Positions 18,725 to 29,010 of a stretch of DNA of 64,000 nucleotides are shown here, one piece after another. Source of the stretch: Alkalispirochaeta sp. (GTDB lineage Bacteria > Spirochaetota > Spirochaetia > DSM-27196 > Alkalispirochaetaceae); contig OZ271854.1 in NCBI GenBank assembly GCA_965601925.1, positions 736,001-800,000 of the forward strand, written 5' to 3'. A program made the translations under genes and the position numbers. The notes below the pieces were generated by a model, which saw nothing but the letters and a program-made list of their open reading frames with translations, was not told where the DNA came from and made no database searches. Every line of letters begins with the position of its first letter. The first letter of the stretch is position 1.

Positions 18725-21007
18725 CTACTCACTCGCCTCATCGTCGAGTCGAAACGAGGAGACGAGGGACTCCTGAAAGGAGGCCATCGCCGAGAGTTCC
18801 TGCGCCGTGAGGGCGACGGCGTCGATCTGACCGTGTAGCTTCTCGCCGGCGTCGCTTACCGCATCAAATTGTCTACCGTTCTCACGGTGAATTTCGGTTA
18901 ACGATTTGATCGTCGTTGCAACGCTCTGCGCGTTCTCCTCCATCTGCGAGAGGTCTCCAAGCACACTCTGCATCTTGGTGCGATTCGTTGACGCACTCTC
19001 GTCGATGGCGAGGAGCCGCTTCTCCGCTTCGGAGACGCTCTCGGCGCTGGAGGAGATCACCTCGATCTCCTCTTCGGCGCGCTCCGCGGTCTGTTCGGTT
19101 GCGCTCACGATCTCCTCCAAAAGGCCCGTAATCCGCTCCGTCGCACGACTCGATTGCTCCGAGAGGGCGCGTATCTCGTGGGCGACGACGGAAAACCCGG
19201 CTCCCGCCTCACCGGCGCGTGCCGCCTCGATCGATGCGTTCATTGCGAGCAAATGCGTTTGAGCGGAGATACTTTCGATCGTGCCGATGGTGGTACGAAT
19301 CTCCTGCGAGCGATCAACGAGTTTGTCGATCAGATCCCGCGTCGCATGCGCCGAGACCGAAACGCGTTCGCCGGCGGTCCGTGACGCCAGAATGGCTTCG
19401 CGACCGGATCGAGCAGTCTCGGCTACCCGCTCCGCACGTTGTGCGGCGGCTCGCGTCTCTTCGGCGACGTTGCCCACCAGTTGTACCAACCGCTCCATCG
19501 CTGCGTCGGCATCTTCAACGCGCTCCTGTTGATCGTTGAGCGCCGCGTGGACGCTCCGGAGGGTCGTATCGATACGCGCGGTTGCGGCTTGCGACTCGCC
19601 GGCGCCGGCGTTGAGCACATCACCGATCTTGGCCACGCGCCCCGCCTGCTCCTCGACCCCCAGGATCATGCCGCGTAAGTTGGACGGTTCCTGATTGTAG
19701 GTCGCCACGCGCAGGCCACGTTTGGCCGCGCGATTTACGATCGGGATGAGACGATCGCTGAAGATGGGAATCGCAAATCCGTCGAAACGCTCCGCCTCCA
19801 ACCGCTCGACCATCTCGGTCCATGAGGCTATATCGTAGGCGCTACGGCTCTTCGGCGGTAGCACAACCTCCACGGTACAGCCGCGTTCGACCAAAAGACG
19901 TTGCGCCGCAAGGGCCCCTTTGTAGACCGGCGGCCAAAAATCGTGGTTTTTGGGAATGAGAAAGGCGAGTTTGAGATGTCGGGCACTCGTCGGATTCACC
20001 GCCTCGGCGAGTCCAACCGATTCCTCGTCGACTCCCAAGAGAGTGCGAAAGTTTTCGGGGGTAATGACCGTGGGCGATACGAGCAGCTTCGGTTTCTCCG
20101 GATGCCAGGAGGAGGAAAGTGTGTTGTACAGATGTATCAGCGGGTTATACCCCTGCAGGTAAGGGCTTTGGGTTATCGTCCGCGTAAGGTACCCGGACTC
20201 GAAATACGGGGCGAACTCCGATCGCTTTCCGTGTCCGAAGAACGGTATCGTCCCGGGCTTGGCGCCGTTCATAAGAGCGTTGAGACCCGCGATCGTCGTC
20301 GCCTCCTCCAGCTGATAGATCGCCGACAAATCGGGATGACGCCGGAGGAGATCCTCGATACCGGCCGTCGTCTTCGCGGCGTCGCGGTCGGTGTGTACGG
20401 TGCCCGCGATCGTGACGTGCGGAAAGCGAGTCCCCACGGCGTGGACAAAACCCCGTTCGCGGAGTACCGAATAGTTCGTATCGTCATTGACCGCGACAAT
20501 GCCGACGCTCCCGCGGCCGCCGAGAAACGAACCGACTATCGTTCCCATGCGTTGGCCGTGTTGATAATCGTCGATGCCGGTATAACAGACGCGCCGGATC
20601 GGCTCGCCGGTGAGGCTGTTGAGCCCTTGCGCCGCGCGTTCCACCGCCTCTCCGGCGGCGGCGAGGGAGCGATGCACCGTTGAAAACTCACGCGGTCGTG
20701 ACGAGGCGAAAGCCGAAACGTCGACCGAGGCGGTGACGCACATATTGCCTCGGGCGATCTCCCACACGGCGCGCCCGAGCGGCTCGACTCCCGAGGTTCT
20801 GAGCGTTTCCATCGCGTCGTGAAGGGCGCGGACACCGCGCAGGTAGCGAAAAAAGAGAAGCCGCAGCGCCGCTAACAGGCTTATGACGGATACAAGCGCG
20901 AAGCCTACGATCACCACATCCGGACCCATACGAACAATCGAACGCGCCAGCAATACGAGGACGCCGAGCAGCGCCGCCGGCAGGTAGACGAATACCTTTT
21001 TACCCAC
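18725..21007 (-). CDS. Methyl-accepting chemotaxis protein with internal permuted sugar-binding domain
   Basis: 2 N-terminal TMs, HAMP-like segment, RbsB-like halves, MA hairpin [36 protein letters not shown], acidic C-terminal tail. Confidence 0.9.
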   Translation of the reverse strand: MGKKVFVYLPAALLGVLVLLARSIVRMGPDVVIVGFALVSVISLLAALRLLFFRYLRGVRALHDAMETLRTSGVEPLGRAVWEIARGNMCVTASVDVSAFASSRPREFSTVHRSLAAAGEAVERAAQGLNSLTGEPIRRVCYTGIDDYQHGQRMGTIVGSFLGGRGSVGIVAVNDDTNYSVLRERGFVHAVGTRFPHVTIAGTVHTDRDAAKTTAGIEDLLRRHPDLSAIYQLEEATTIAGLNALMNGAKPGTIPFFGHGKRSEFAPYFESGYLTRTITQSPYLQGYNPLIHLYNTLSSSWHPEKPKLLVSPTVITPENFRTLLGVDEESVGLAEAVNPTSARHLKLAFLIPKNHDFWPPVYKGALAAQRLLVERGCTVEVVLPPKSRSAYDIASWTEMVERLEAERFDGFAIPIFSDRLIPIVNRAAKRGLRVATYNQEPSNLRGMILGVEEQAGRVAKIGDVLNAGAGESQAATARIDTTLRSVHAALNDQQERVEDADAAMERLVQLVGNVAEETRAAAQRAERVAETARSGREAILASRTAGERVSVSAHATRDLIDKLVDRSQEIRTTIGTIESISAQTHLLAMNASIEAARAGEAGAGFSVVAHEIRALSEQSSRATERITGLLEEIVSATEQTAERAEEEIEVISSSAESVSEAEKRLLAIDESASTNRTKMQSVLGDLSQMEENAQSVATTIKSLTEIHRENGRQFDAVSDAGEKLHGQIDAVALTAQELSAMASFQESLVSSFRLDDEASE

Positions 21008-21040
21008 TGATGTAACCTCACATACGTGATGTTACATCAG
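21007..21040. promoter_or_regulatory. Long inverted repeat over the RBS/promoter of the MCP gene
   Basis: CTGATGTAAC-c-TCAC-atac-GTGA-t-GTTACATCAG; minus-strand TTTACG-17-TATGCT promoter abuts it. Confidence 0.65.
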
Positions 21041-21180
21041 CATAACACGACCCCTATACGCCGTAAACGACAAAAGTTCACCAAGAAATAACAGACGTTC
21101 AACATGAAATCGATCCGAACTGAGGGGGCCCGCGAAGCGGTAAAAGGGCGTGCGGCGTGTCGCGACATCAACGTACGCAC

Positions 21181-22026
21181 CTACAGACGCATCTCCATCT
21201 CATATTGAGAGACGTAGCGGCGAAAACCGAGACGCACGATACCGTCGTTGGTCTTCCGATCCGCCTCGTCGATGTTCAGCGCCTTGATCTCCGACGCCGT
21301 CGAGAGAGTCGCCGCAGTGGCGACGACGCGCCGTGCACTCTCGATATCGCGCCCTTCCCATCCTACTTGCATGACGTTCCCGGTCGACGGCACGAACACG
21401 GCGTACGCCGACGGCCCCACACCGTAGTGTATGACCAGACACTCCTCGACGGTGGATACGGCCGCCTCGACGGTGTTCTGCCACGACGGACGGTGGCCCA
21501 GAAGAGGGATGAATCGAGCCATCTCATCGGCGCTTGGGCGGCCGATCGTGACCCCTTCATAGTGACGGGCGAGTACGGTTCGGTCCGCAACGTAACAATG
21601 GAGTGTTCGTACCGCCGCAAGTCCCTTTCCCGTGTACAGCGCGATCGCGGTACCATTCCCGGTAAGAACTTCCAAAAGATATCGACGGTAGTCGAGAGCT
21701 CGCAACGCGTCCGCCGCACGGTCGAAGAGTTCGGTCCCGAGCCCTCTCCCTTGACGGCTCCGGCGCACCCCCGTACCGGAGTCGTACGCTACCAACTCGC
21801 CGTCGACAATGCGGCTGCCGTTCAACACAAACGCCACCACGCTATCGCCCTCCGCAAAGGCAAACGAGTGGTCGAGGCGTACGCTACGGGCGGCAATCAT
21901 AGAAGAGAGACGCTCGACGGTCATATTGATGGGAACTTCATACTCCGAGAAGGCGTCGTTGAACGCGCCGACGATCGCAGGTAGAGGCATGCGTGCCAAG
22001 GTGACGAAATCCATACGGTTACTCAA
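21181..22026 (-). CDS. GNAT-family N-acetyltransferase (tandem-type)
   Basis: AFNDAFSEY, GTGVRRSRQGRGLG, LEVLTGN..AIALY; second degenerate GNAT half; start may be 22014. Confidence 0.85.
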   Translation of the reverse strand: MSNRMDFVTLARMPLPAIVGAFNDAFSEYEVPINMTVERLSSMIAARSVRLDHSFAFAEGDSVVAFVLNGSRIVDGELVAYDSGTGVRRSRQGRGLGTELFDRAADALRALDYRRYLLEVLTGNGTAIALYTGKGLAAVRTLHCYVADRTVLARHYEGVTIGRPSADEMARFIPLLGHRPSWQNTVEAAVSTVEECLVIHYGVGPSAYAVFVPSTGNVMQVGWEGRDIESARRVVATAATLSTASEIKALNIDEADRKTNDGIVRLGFRRYVSQYEMEMRL

Positions 22027-22086
22027 AGAGACCTGCTTTCCGGGAGTAGTTCCACCGCAGCTCTCGATCGACGTGTAGTCGCGCCG

Positions 22087-22581
22087 TCACGAAGACTCGC
22101 TCTCGGTGCATCGCGAATCGCTCGCGTACATAAGATCGCCGACGAGGACGCGTACGCCGGGCTTCGCCTTCGCGGCGAGTCGTTGCAACAGCCAACGCCG
22201 TTCGTCAGGTGTCAAGTGATGCAGCGCGTAGGTGGAGACTACGAAATCGAACACGCCGAGATGGGTCCGATCGACGTACTCCATGATATCCGAATGTACG
22301 AATGAGACGGCACGGTGCTCGATCTTTGTCCGGGCAATGCGGGTCATCTCGACCGACACGTCGACGGCGGTCACGACACATCCAGCGGGAAGCGCCAGAA
22401 TGGTATTGCCCGTTCCCGTCCCGAGGTCGAGCACCGTGCCGCCCGGAGACACGTGTGCGCCTATCCATTCCAGCGTGGCTCGATAGCCCGTGCGAATCGG
22501 GTGCTCTTCTCGGGTGACGTCCGTGTCATAGTTCGCGGCGTCCCGATCGTGGTTGAAGTAGTCCGCATCGGCACTTCTCAT
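22087..22581 (-). CDS. Class I SAM-dependent methyltransferase, possibly C-terminally truncated
   Basis: VLDLGTGTGN, VDVS, FDFVVSTYALHHL; GGAGG RBS; ends soon after GDLMY. Confidence 0.75.
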   Translation of the reverse strand: MRSADADYFNHDRDAANYDTDVTREEHPIRTGYRATLEWIGAHVSPGGTVLDLGTGTGNTILALPAGCVVTAVDVSVEMTRIARTKIEHRAVSFVHSDIMEYVDRTHLGVFDFVVSTYALHHLTPDERRWLLQRLAAKAKPGVRVLVGDLMYASDSRCTESESS

Positions 22582-22721
22582 GGTACACCTCCGACGTCGC
22601 TCATTGTACGGAGCGTGAGGCGGTACGGACAAGTCACGATCCTCGACGGCGTCGCGTTGCGAGAACGTGGAATACACACTACACCCCGCCGGGGCTCCGG
22701 GCTTCGCAAGGCCGTCGCGCG

Positions 22722-23126
22722 CTATCGGCGTCGAAACGCGGCCTCGTTCAGCCGCCGCACCAATCCTTCGCGGTCCATGGAATAGATGACGAACGGGGTT
22801 CGGTACGCCGGATTACCGTGGTAGACGTGAACCGCTTTGCCGAACGAGGCGGCAAAAACGCTTCGCTCATTTTCGACTCGTTCGATCTCTTGGAGCCGCA
22901 GTACGATTTTCTTGGCGGCACCGACGACGAGTATATCGTCGTACAGGGCAAGTCGCGCAAAGGGCCAACTGTACTTGGTCCATCGGAACCGACCGCCGCA
23001 CGTCTCGGTATACAGCGCCTCTCGTCTCCCCTCCTCCGGGGCCGCTCTTTGAGCGGCGATCACCGAGTACGCGAGAAAGGCAACAATCAGGACGAAGACC
23101 GCAATGAAGGAGACCAGAGGGAGCAC
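22722..23126 (-). CDS. Hypothetical single-pass membrane protein
   Basis: N-terminal hydrophobic helix then small beta-rich domain; 9 bp after DUF1566 gene. Confidence 0.65.
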   Translation of the reverse strand: MLPLVSFIAVFVLIVAFLAYSVIAAQRAAPEEGRREALYTETCGGRFRWTKYSWPFARLALYDDILVVGAAKKIVLRLQEIERVENERSVFAASFGKAVHVYHGNPAYRTPFVIYSMDREGLVRRLNEAAFRRR

Positions 23127-23135
23127 GTGGAGCGC

Positions 23136-24464
23136 CTATCGCCCGCGAGGAGGCTGTCGCGCGCCCTCTCCCGGACGTCGTCCTCCCGAGGGGCCGCCCG
23201 GTGGACGCCGATCGTCGCCGAACCCTTGGTGTGACCCGCCGCTCATGAATCCCAACGCCTCACCGAATGCGAAATAGACTGCGGATCGTCCCGCGCCCTC
23301 GGAATCGGCGTGCGTCGTCGAGGTCCAGTAGAACGGGTAGTTCGTTCCACCGCCCTCATCGACGATGGCAGCGACGGAAAAAATCGGATCGATCGCCGCC
23401 GAATCGGTCGTATCGGGCGATCGCGCATAGTCGACGATACTTTGGAGCTCTTTGGCATCCGGTACGCGCCAGTCATCATACCCGGCGGCCTCCAGCCCCT
23501 CGGCCCACGCCAACGCCGCAGCCCATTCCACCGGGCCGTAATCGTCTTGCAGCCACATGAGTCCGGTGGCGAGATCGGTGACGGTTCCATCGCCGTTGTC
23601 GACGAAGTCGTTCATACCGTAGGCTTCGTTACCGCGAACGAGGAGCACGAAAAACGCGGTCTCTCCGCCACGCTGAGTCTCTATCGGATAGCCTTTGATA
23701 CGCCCGTCGGCAAAGTTCACGCCGAAGACCGTCTCGTCGCCTCCCATGGTCGTGGAGACGTAGCGGGTCGATGAGAGAAACTGCGAATCGATAATCCGTT
23801 CACCGGCCGATTCGTCCCCATACTCAAAGGCAAAAAATTCGGTATTCAAGAAAGGCACGAACGTTCCGGAACCGGTGCGCATGGATACACTGACGTCCCG
23901 TCCCCGGAAATCGATAAGGGAGTACAGCTCCTTGATGGAGGGCAGCCGCCAATCGTCGTGGTCGGCGAGCGTGAAATCGCCCACCGCGGCAAGCGCCTCG
24001 CTCCACGTCATCTTCGCTCCGGCGTCCCGTTGCCACGTGAGTCCGGTCACCTCGTCGGTGACCGTTCCGTCGCCGTTGTCCCGATACCGGGGAGCGACGC
24101 CCCGGTAGTGGGCGTCCTGTCCGTAGAAGGCGTCGCCCTCGCCGGGGCGCGTTATCGTCCCCCGTTCGTCGAAGAACGAAGCTTGCGCGGTATCCACGAT
24201 TGCGTAGGGACGTTCGGCGGACGAAGTCGATCTGACGGGTCGAACGTAGTTGTATATCCGAACGACATCGCCTTGGGGACCGTGTCCCGAAGGGTAGTCC
24301 GCCGGATCACCGCTCTTCGGATCGCTACGCTGCGCCCCGGCTCCGTGGACGTCCAGTAGCTCCGGCTCGGCGGAAGGAGCCGTGGAACCGCGAGGCGCGC
24401 CTTGGGCCTCGAGCCCTCCCGTCACAAGAGAGATCACACACGTCACAAGAACGATTTTACGCAT
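23136..24464 (-). CDS. Secreted DUF1566 (Lcl C-terminal) repeat protein
   Basis: Signal peptide; two DNGDGTVTD..TGL.W / DWR.P..KEL.S repeats. Confidence 0.85.
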   Translation of the reverse strand: MRKIVLVTCVISLVTGGLEAQGAPRGSTAPSAEPELLDVHGAGAQRSDPKSGDPADYPSGHGPQGDVVRIYNYVRPVRSTSSAERPYAIVDTAQASFFDERGTITRPGEGDAFYGQDAHYRGVAPRYRDNGDGTVTDEVTGLTWQRDAGAKMTWSEALAAVGDFTLADHDDWRLPSIKELYSLIDFRGRDVSVSMRTGSGTFVPFLNTEFFAFEYGDESAGERIIDSQFLSSTRYVSTTMGGDETVFGVNFADGRIKGYPIETQRGGETAFFVLLVRGNEAYGMNDFVDNGDGTVTDLATGLMWLQDDYGPVEWAAALAWAEGLEAAGYDDWRVPDAKELQSIVDYARSPDTTDSAAIDPIFSVAAIVDEGGGTNYPFYWTSTTHADSEGAGRSAVYFAFGEALGFMSGGSHQGFGDDRRPPGGPSGGRRPGEGARQPPRGR

Positions 24465-24645
24465 CGCCTACCCCCGAACTCGGTTCTGTCGATAAGTGTA
24501 GCACTTTTTCGTGGAGCGAGCGCGGGAGGCGGCACTGTTCACATAACGGGGTATTTCGATAAAAAAATAGTGAATAAAGCTATACATGATCTGATCTGTA
24601 ATGTACAGTCACGCCCGGGCATATCTGCCCAAAAAGGAGTAACGC

Positions 24646-25185
24646 ATGAAAAAGATCATGCTGATGATGCTGCTCATGAGTGCAGCGGTACTCGCCTTTG
24701 CAGGCGGCCAGAGCGAGGGCCAGGAGTCAGCCGGCGCATCGACACCCGACGCCATGGCGCGACCGACTCAATACGTGATCGAAAGCCCGGCGGACGTTCA
24801 GGCGGCGGTCGGACCCGACGGAGCGTGGATCATCATTTTTCAGGGTGACGTCGCGGTCGACTCGAGCGTCGTCGTGTCCGGCGAGGTAAGCCAGGAAGAG
24901 GGAGAGGCGCCTCGACGCAAAGTCGCGCTATATACCCAAGACTCGGATCGCAACGTTACGGAGCGATATACCTTGACCGTGCCGGAGCTGGTCGTCCAGC
25001 ACGTGAATGTGCGGATTCAGTCGGGCACCGTCGCCGGCGACGTCTATGTAGAGAGTGAAGGATTTCATCTCAGAGACGCGACGATCGACGGCAACGTCTA
25101 TTTCGCGACGCAGGACCTTCTGGACGGATTCGTCATGGACGAGACGTCGATGGTTACCGGCGAGATCGCCGTCGCGAGCATGTAA
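24646..25185 (+). CDS. Exported acidic protein of unknown function
   Basis: AAGGAG RBS, signal peptide ending AFAGGQSE, GTVAGDVYV / ATIDGNVYF beta-solenoid-like repeats. Confidence 0.8.
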   Translation: MKKIMLMMLLMSAAVLAFAGGQSEGQESAGASTPDAMARPTQYVIESPADVQAAVGPDGAWIIIFQGDVAVDSSVVVSGEVSQEEGEAPRRKVALYTQDSDRNVTERYTLTVPELVVQHVNVRIQSGTVAGDVYVESEGFHLRDATIDGNVYFATQDLLDGFVMDETSMVTGEIAVASM

Positions 25186-25210
25186 GGATATCGCTCAGGC
25201 GATACTCGTG

Positions 25211-25238
25211 GCAGGGGCGTCAGGCCCCTGCTTTTTTT
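25211..25238 (+). terminator. Rho-independent terminator
   Basis: GCAGGGGC-gtcag-GCCCCTGC followed by T7. Confidence 0.85.
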
Positions 25239-25250
25239 GGCTCCTCTTCA

Positions 25251-26807
25251 TCAATGTTCGCGAATACTGATGACGCCGGCAGTTGCGCCCATCGGACGGA
25301 AATCGCGTCGCTGCGCGGCGGCCCGCCAGTCCACATTGTCGGTGTAATACTCCAGAACGAGATTGTCGTGTCCGTGCACGAAACTCCCTAGAAGAGCCCC
25401 GATCTCCTCTCTGAGTTGCGCCACCGCGTTTCCGATCAGCCGACCGTTGAACTCTCCGTCGCCGAGCGCCACGGTCCAGTCGATAGCGGTAACGCGGCTG
25501 AAAATGCGCCCCAAATCGACGCGCTTGCGCTGAGGTAATGTATCGTCGACGGAAAAGTTCAACATATCCCTGACGTACTCGATGCCGCGCCGGGTTAATG
25601 GATGATCCGAAAGGAACCGAGCGACGTTATGCTCCGCAACGCGCGCCATTGACTTCAGAAAACCGTCGGCCACCTGTTGGTAGATCACATCGTTGGAACC
25701 CTCGAAAATCTGGAACGGGCGCGTATCGTTGGTCGATCGACCGGCAAAATGGTCCTGTCGGTATCCCTTGGCTCCCACCAGCTGGAGAACGCTCTGAGAC
25801 GCCTGCTGCATGTAGTCGCTCATGAGCGTCTTTTGAATGTTGGCGACGAGACCCTCTTTGACGAGATTCAGCTCGATACCGGAACGCTTCGCCGCCTCGC
25901 GACAAAAAGCGCTGGCCGTCGTGAACCACCCCTGGAGCTGCGCAAGGCGTCGCTGCACTTGATCGAAGGTATGCAACGCCTTTCCGCCTATAAGACGGTC
26001 GCGACAGTGGTTGAGTGCCTCGTCCAGGGAGCGACGAATGAATCCGAGCGCCATGCCGGGGAAACGCATTCGACTCCGATGGAGAAGATCCTGCATGAGC
26101 TTCGTTCCACTGCCCTCGAAACTGAGTTTATGAGCGGCGGGGACCGAGAGCTCGATACGATTGCGCCCGTAGGGGATCATATAGAGTCCGAGATTGTTAT
26201 AGTACTCCTCGACGTGAATCAACTGGTCGGGCTGCCGTGAATCGCAGAAGAAGAAGTCGATCGCCCGGTTGAGCGTCCCGTCCTCCCGCTCGCGGCGTGC
26301 GGTAACCAACCAATAGTCGGCCCAACCGGTGAGACCGGCCCAGTGCTTCTCACCGCTGATCGTAAACCGTCCACCGTCTTCGCGATAGTGCGTACGCATA
26401 CCGAGCGCATCGGTGCCGTACTCGGGCTCGGTAATCATAAGCCCACCCAACGCCCCGTCATCGCGTAGGCGCGCAAAAACCGGCGCGGCGATCGCACCGT
26501 CGGCGTACTTGGCCATAGGCTCGGCGAACAAGGCGCCGCTTATGGCGAGCATGAGGGAGAGCGGCAAGGACTCGTATGCGCTCGCCTCCAAAACTGAGAG
26601 AATCTCACCGGGATCGGCACCTCGGCCCCCGTGGATCGTCGGTATCGACGCGTCTAAGGGTTTTGCCGACAGGATCTCCTTCAAAAAGTAGGGTGGAAGG
26701 CCGCGAACGAGATTTTGCCGATCTGGATCGAGTCGCTGATTGAATAGAAAATGCAGTTTTTCTTTGAAACGCGTCATAAACGCGGCGAAGGGCTCAGAGG
26801 AATACAT
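25251..26807 (-). CDS. Acyl-CoA dehydrogenase family protein
   Basis: GGLMITEPEYGTD, GEKHWAG, R.IGGK.L..FDQVQ, QLVGAKGY, IFEGSND. Confidence 0.85.
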   Translation of the reverse strand: MYSSEPFAAFMTRFKEKLHFLFNQRLDPDRQNLVRGLPPYFLKEILSAKPLDASIPTIHGGRGADPGEILSVLEASAYESLPLSLMLAISGALFAEPMAKYADGAIAAPVFARLRDDGALGGLMITEPEYGTDALGMRTHYREDGGRFTISGEKHWAGLTGWADYWLVTARREREDGTLNRAIDFFFCDSRQPDQLIHVEEYYNNLGLYMIPYGRNRIELSVPAAHKLSFEGSGTKLMQDLLHRSRMRFPGMALGFIRRSLDEALNHCRDRLIGGKALHTFDQVQRRLAQLQGWFTTASAFCREAAKRSGIELNLVKEGLVANIQKTLMSDYMQQASQSVLQLVGAKGYRQDHFAGRSTNDTRPFQIFEGSNDVIYQQVADGFLKSMARVAEHNVARFLSDHPLTRRGIEYVRDMLNFSVDDTLPQRKRVDLGRIFSRVTAIDWTVALGDGEFNGRLIGNAVAQLREEIGALLGSFVHGHDNLVLEYYTDNVDWRAAAQRRDFRPMGATAGVISIREH

Positions 26808-26886
26808 ACTACGAAGATACGGAAAGGCGCCGACAAAGAACAGTATTTATCGGTCAGCGCCCGACGATATCGATCGAAGTCAAACA

Positions 26887-26915
26887 TTGACCGCCGATAT
26901 GCGCCTCAGTATCGT
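26887..26915 (+). promoter_or_regulatory. sigma70-type promoter of lysE-like gene (leaderless geometry)
   Basis: TTGACC-17 bp-TATCGT, 7 nt before ATG 26923. Confidence 0.65.
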
Positions 26916-26922
26916 ATGCGGC

Positions 26923-27540
26923 ATGGATATCTCCCGCTATCTGGCATTTCTTTCGGCCGCATTCGTCATTATCATCATTCCCGGCCCGACGAATCTCGTC
27001 ATACTATCCGATAGCCTCCGTTCCGGATTTCGCAAAGCCGTATGGACGGTCGCCGGCGCGGCGCTGGCCCATGCACTGTTCCTCACGGCCTTCACCGCCG
27101 GTTTCGCCACGCTCGTCGAGACGTATCCCCGCGCGATCGAGTACATACGCGTGTTCGGCGTAGTGTATCTCGCGTGGACCGGATTGAAGCTCATCGTCTC
27201 TTCGCCGTCGAGTGCGGCGGAAGCACACGAGCGGGCGGGAGCCGGCAATCCGGCCGGATATCTCCTGCGGGGATTTCTCGTTAACGCTACCAATCCGAAG
27301 GCGCTTCTTTTCTATGCGGCCTTTTTTCCGCCCTTCATCGCGACGAGCGCGCCGGTCGGACCGCAGTTGGTCGTGTTAGGCCTCACTTTTCTCGCCATCT
27401 TCGTAGCGGTCGGTCTATTGCATGCGTTTGTTCCCGAAGTGATCCATCGCCGCAGCACGAGTCGACGGGCGCGCAGACGCGTGAACGTCGTCGCGGGCAG
27501 TGCCGCAATCGGCGCCGGGATCTGGCTTGCAACGCGGTAA
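26923..27540 (+). CDS. LysE/RhtB family amino-acid exporter
   Basis: IIPGPTN, GVVYLAWTG, GFLVNATNPKALLFY. Confidence 0.9.
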   Translation: MDISRYLAFLSAAFVIIIIPGPTNLVILSDSLRSGFRKAVWTVAGAALAHALFLTAFTAGFATLVETYPRAIEYIRVFGVVYLAWTGLKLIVSSPSSAAEAHERAGAGNPAGYLLRGFLVNATNPKALLFYAAFFPPFIATSAPVGPQLVVLGLTFLAIFVAVGLLHAFVPEVIHRRSTSRRARRRVNVVAGSAAIGAGIWLATR

Positions 27541-27566
27541 ACTCGACAAAGCGTTATATTCTGCCA

Positions 27567-28832
27567 ATGACTGACGGAGCTCGTACCGACACGATGAATG
27601 GAGAACCGCGCCACATCCAACGGGTGTACCTTCTCTTGACGCTATTGTCGACTTTGGCGGCGTCGTTTATCTGGGGCATCAACACGCTGTTTCTGTTGGA
27701 CGCAGGGTTGAGTAACACCCAGGCTTTTGCCGCCAACGCCTTTTTCACCCTCGGCCAGGTCGTCTTTGAAATTCCGACCGGCGTCGTCGCCGATTCCTGG
27801 GGGCGTCGTTCGTCGTACCTGCTGGGCGCGGTCACGTTGCTCATTTCGACGTTGCTCTATCTCCTTATGTGGCGGTTGCAGGCGCCCTTCTGGGGTTGGG
27901 CGGCAAGCTCCGTCTGCATCGGCCTCGGATTCACCTTCTTTTCCGGTGCAACCGAGGCGTGGCTCGTCGATGCGCTGGCGTTTTCGGGATACGAGGGCGA
28001 GTTGGATCCGGTCTTTGCGAAAGGACAATCGGTCGCCGGCGTCGCCATGCTGACCGGGTCGGTCGCCGGCGGCTACATCGCCCAAATCACGAATCTCGGC
28101 GTACCCTACATTGCGAGGGCGGCCATGCTCTCCCTAACCGTTCTCGCCGCATTCCTGTTCATGAAGGATCTCGGTTTCGAACCGGACACGAGTATGTCCC
28201 TGTCGCGGAGAATGAAAACGATCTTCCGCTCGTCCATCGACAACGGGCTCAAACGACCCGCCGTGCGGTGGTTGATGCTGGGCGCGCCCTTCACCGCCGG
28301 AGCAGGATTCTTCGCGTTCTACGCGATGCAGCCCTATCTGCTTGAACTCTACGGTACGTCGAGCGCGTACATGGTGGCCGGTCTTGCCGCGGCCGCGGTT
28401 GCGGGGGCGCAGATCGTAGGCGGCCTTTTGGCGGGACGGATTCGCCGTCTCTTCTCACGGCGGACGCACGTCATCATACTCGGCGTCGTCGCGAGCGCAG
28501 CGGCGCTGGCACTGATCGGATTCACCGACAGCTTTTGGGTTGCCGTTACGGTACTGGTCGTCTGGGCGATTATTTTTGCGGCCGTAACCCCTATTAGGCA
28601 GGCGTACCTGAACGGGATCATCCCATCGAAACAGCGCGCGACGGTTCTTTCCTTCGACTCGTTGATGGGTTCTTCGGGGGCGGTGGCGACGCAGCCGGCC
28701 TTAGGTCGCGTTGCCGACGTGTGGGGATACTCGACCTCGTACTTCGTCTCTTCGATCATACAACTCGCGGCGTTGCCGTTCGGCGTGTTGGCGCGGAGAG
28801 AGAACGCTTCCTCCGATCCGATAGAGCATTAG
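27567..28832 (+). CDS. MFS transporter
   Basis: 12 TM; FEIPTGVVADSWGRR motif A, SGATEAW, RATVLSF. Confidence 0.9.
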   Translation: MTDGARTDTMNGEPRHIQRVYLLLTLLSTLAASFIWGINTLFLLDAGLSNTQAFAANAFFTLGQVVFEIPTGVVADSWGRRSSYLLGAVTLLISTLLYLLMWRLQAPFWGWAASSVCIGLGFTFFSGATEAWLVDALAFSGYEGELDPVFAKGQSVAGVAMLTGSVAGGYIAQITNLGVPYIARAAMLSLTVLAAFLFMKDLGFEPDTSMSLSRRMKTIFRSSIDNGLKRPAVRWLMLGAPFTAGAGFFAFYAMQPYLLELYGTSSAYMVAGLAAAAVAGAQIVGGLLAGRIRRLFSRRTHVIILGVVASAAALALIGFTDSFWVAVTVLVVWAIIFAAVTPIRQAYLNGIIPSKQRATVLSFDSLMGSSGAVATQPALGRVADVWGYSTSYFVSSIIQLAALPFGVLARRENASSDPIEH

Positions 28833-29010
28833 ACGCGTCACGGGAAAGACCTGAGACCGTCCGGTGTGAGAACCGCTCCGGGCGGCCGGCGTGCGATACG
28901 GCGCGTTACGCGGCCGGACCGACTCGCCGTCACCGTCGATTTCGCGTCCGTACACGTAGTGCGCGAAAAGCGCAATGCGCTATGATGGCCGTATCGCACG
29001 GGGGTGAGCA

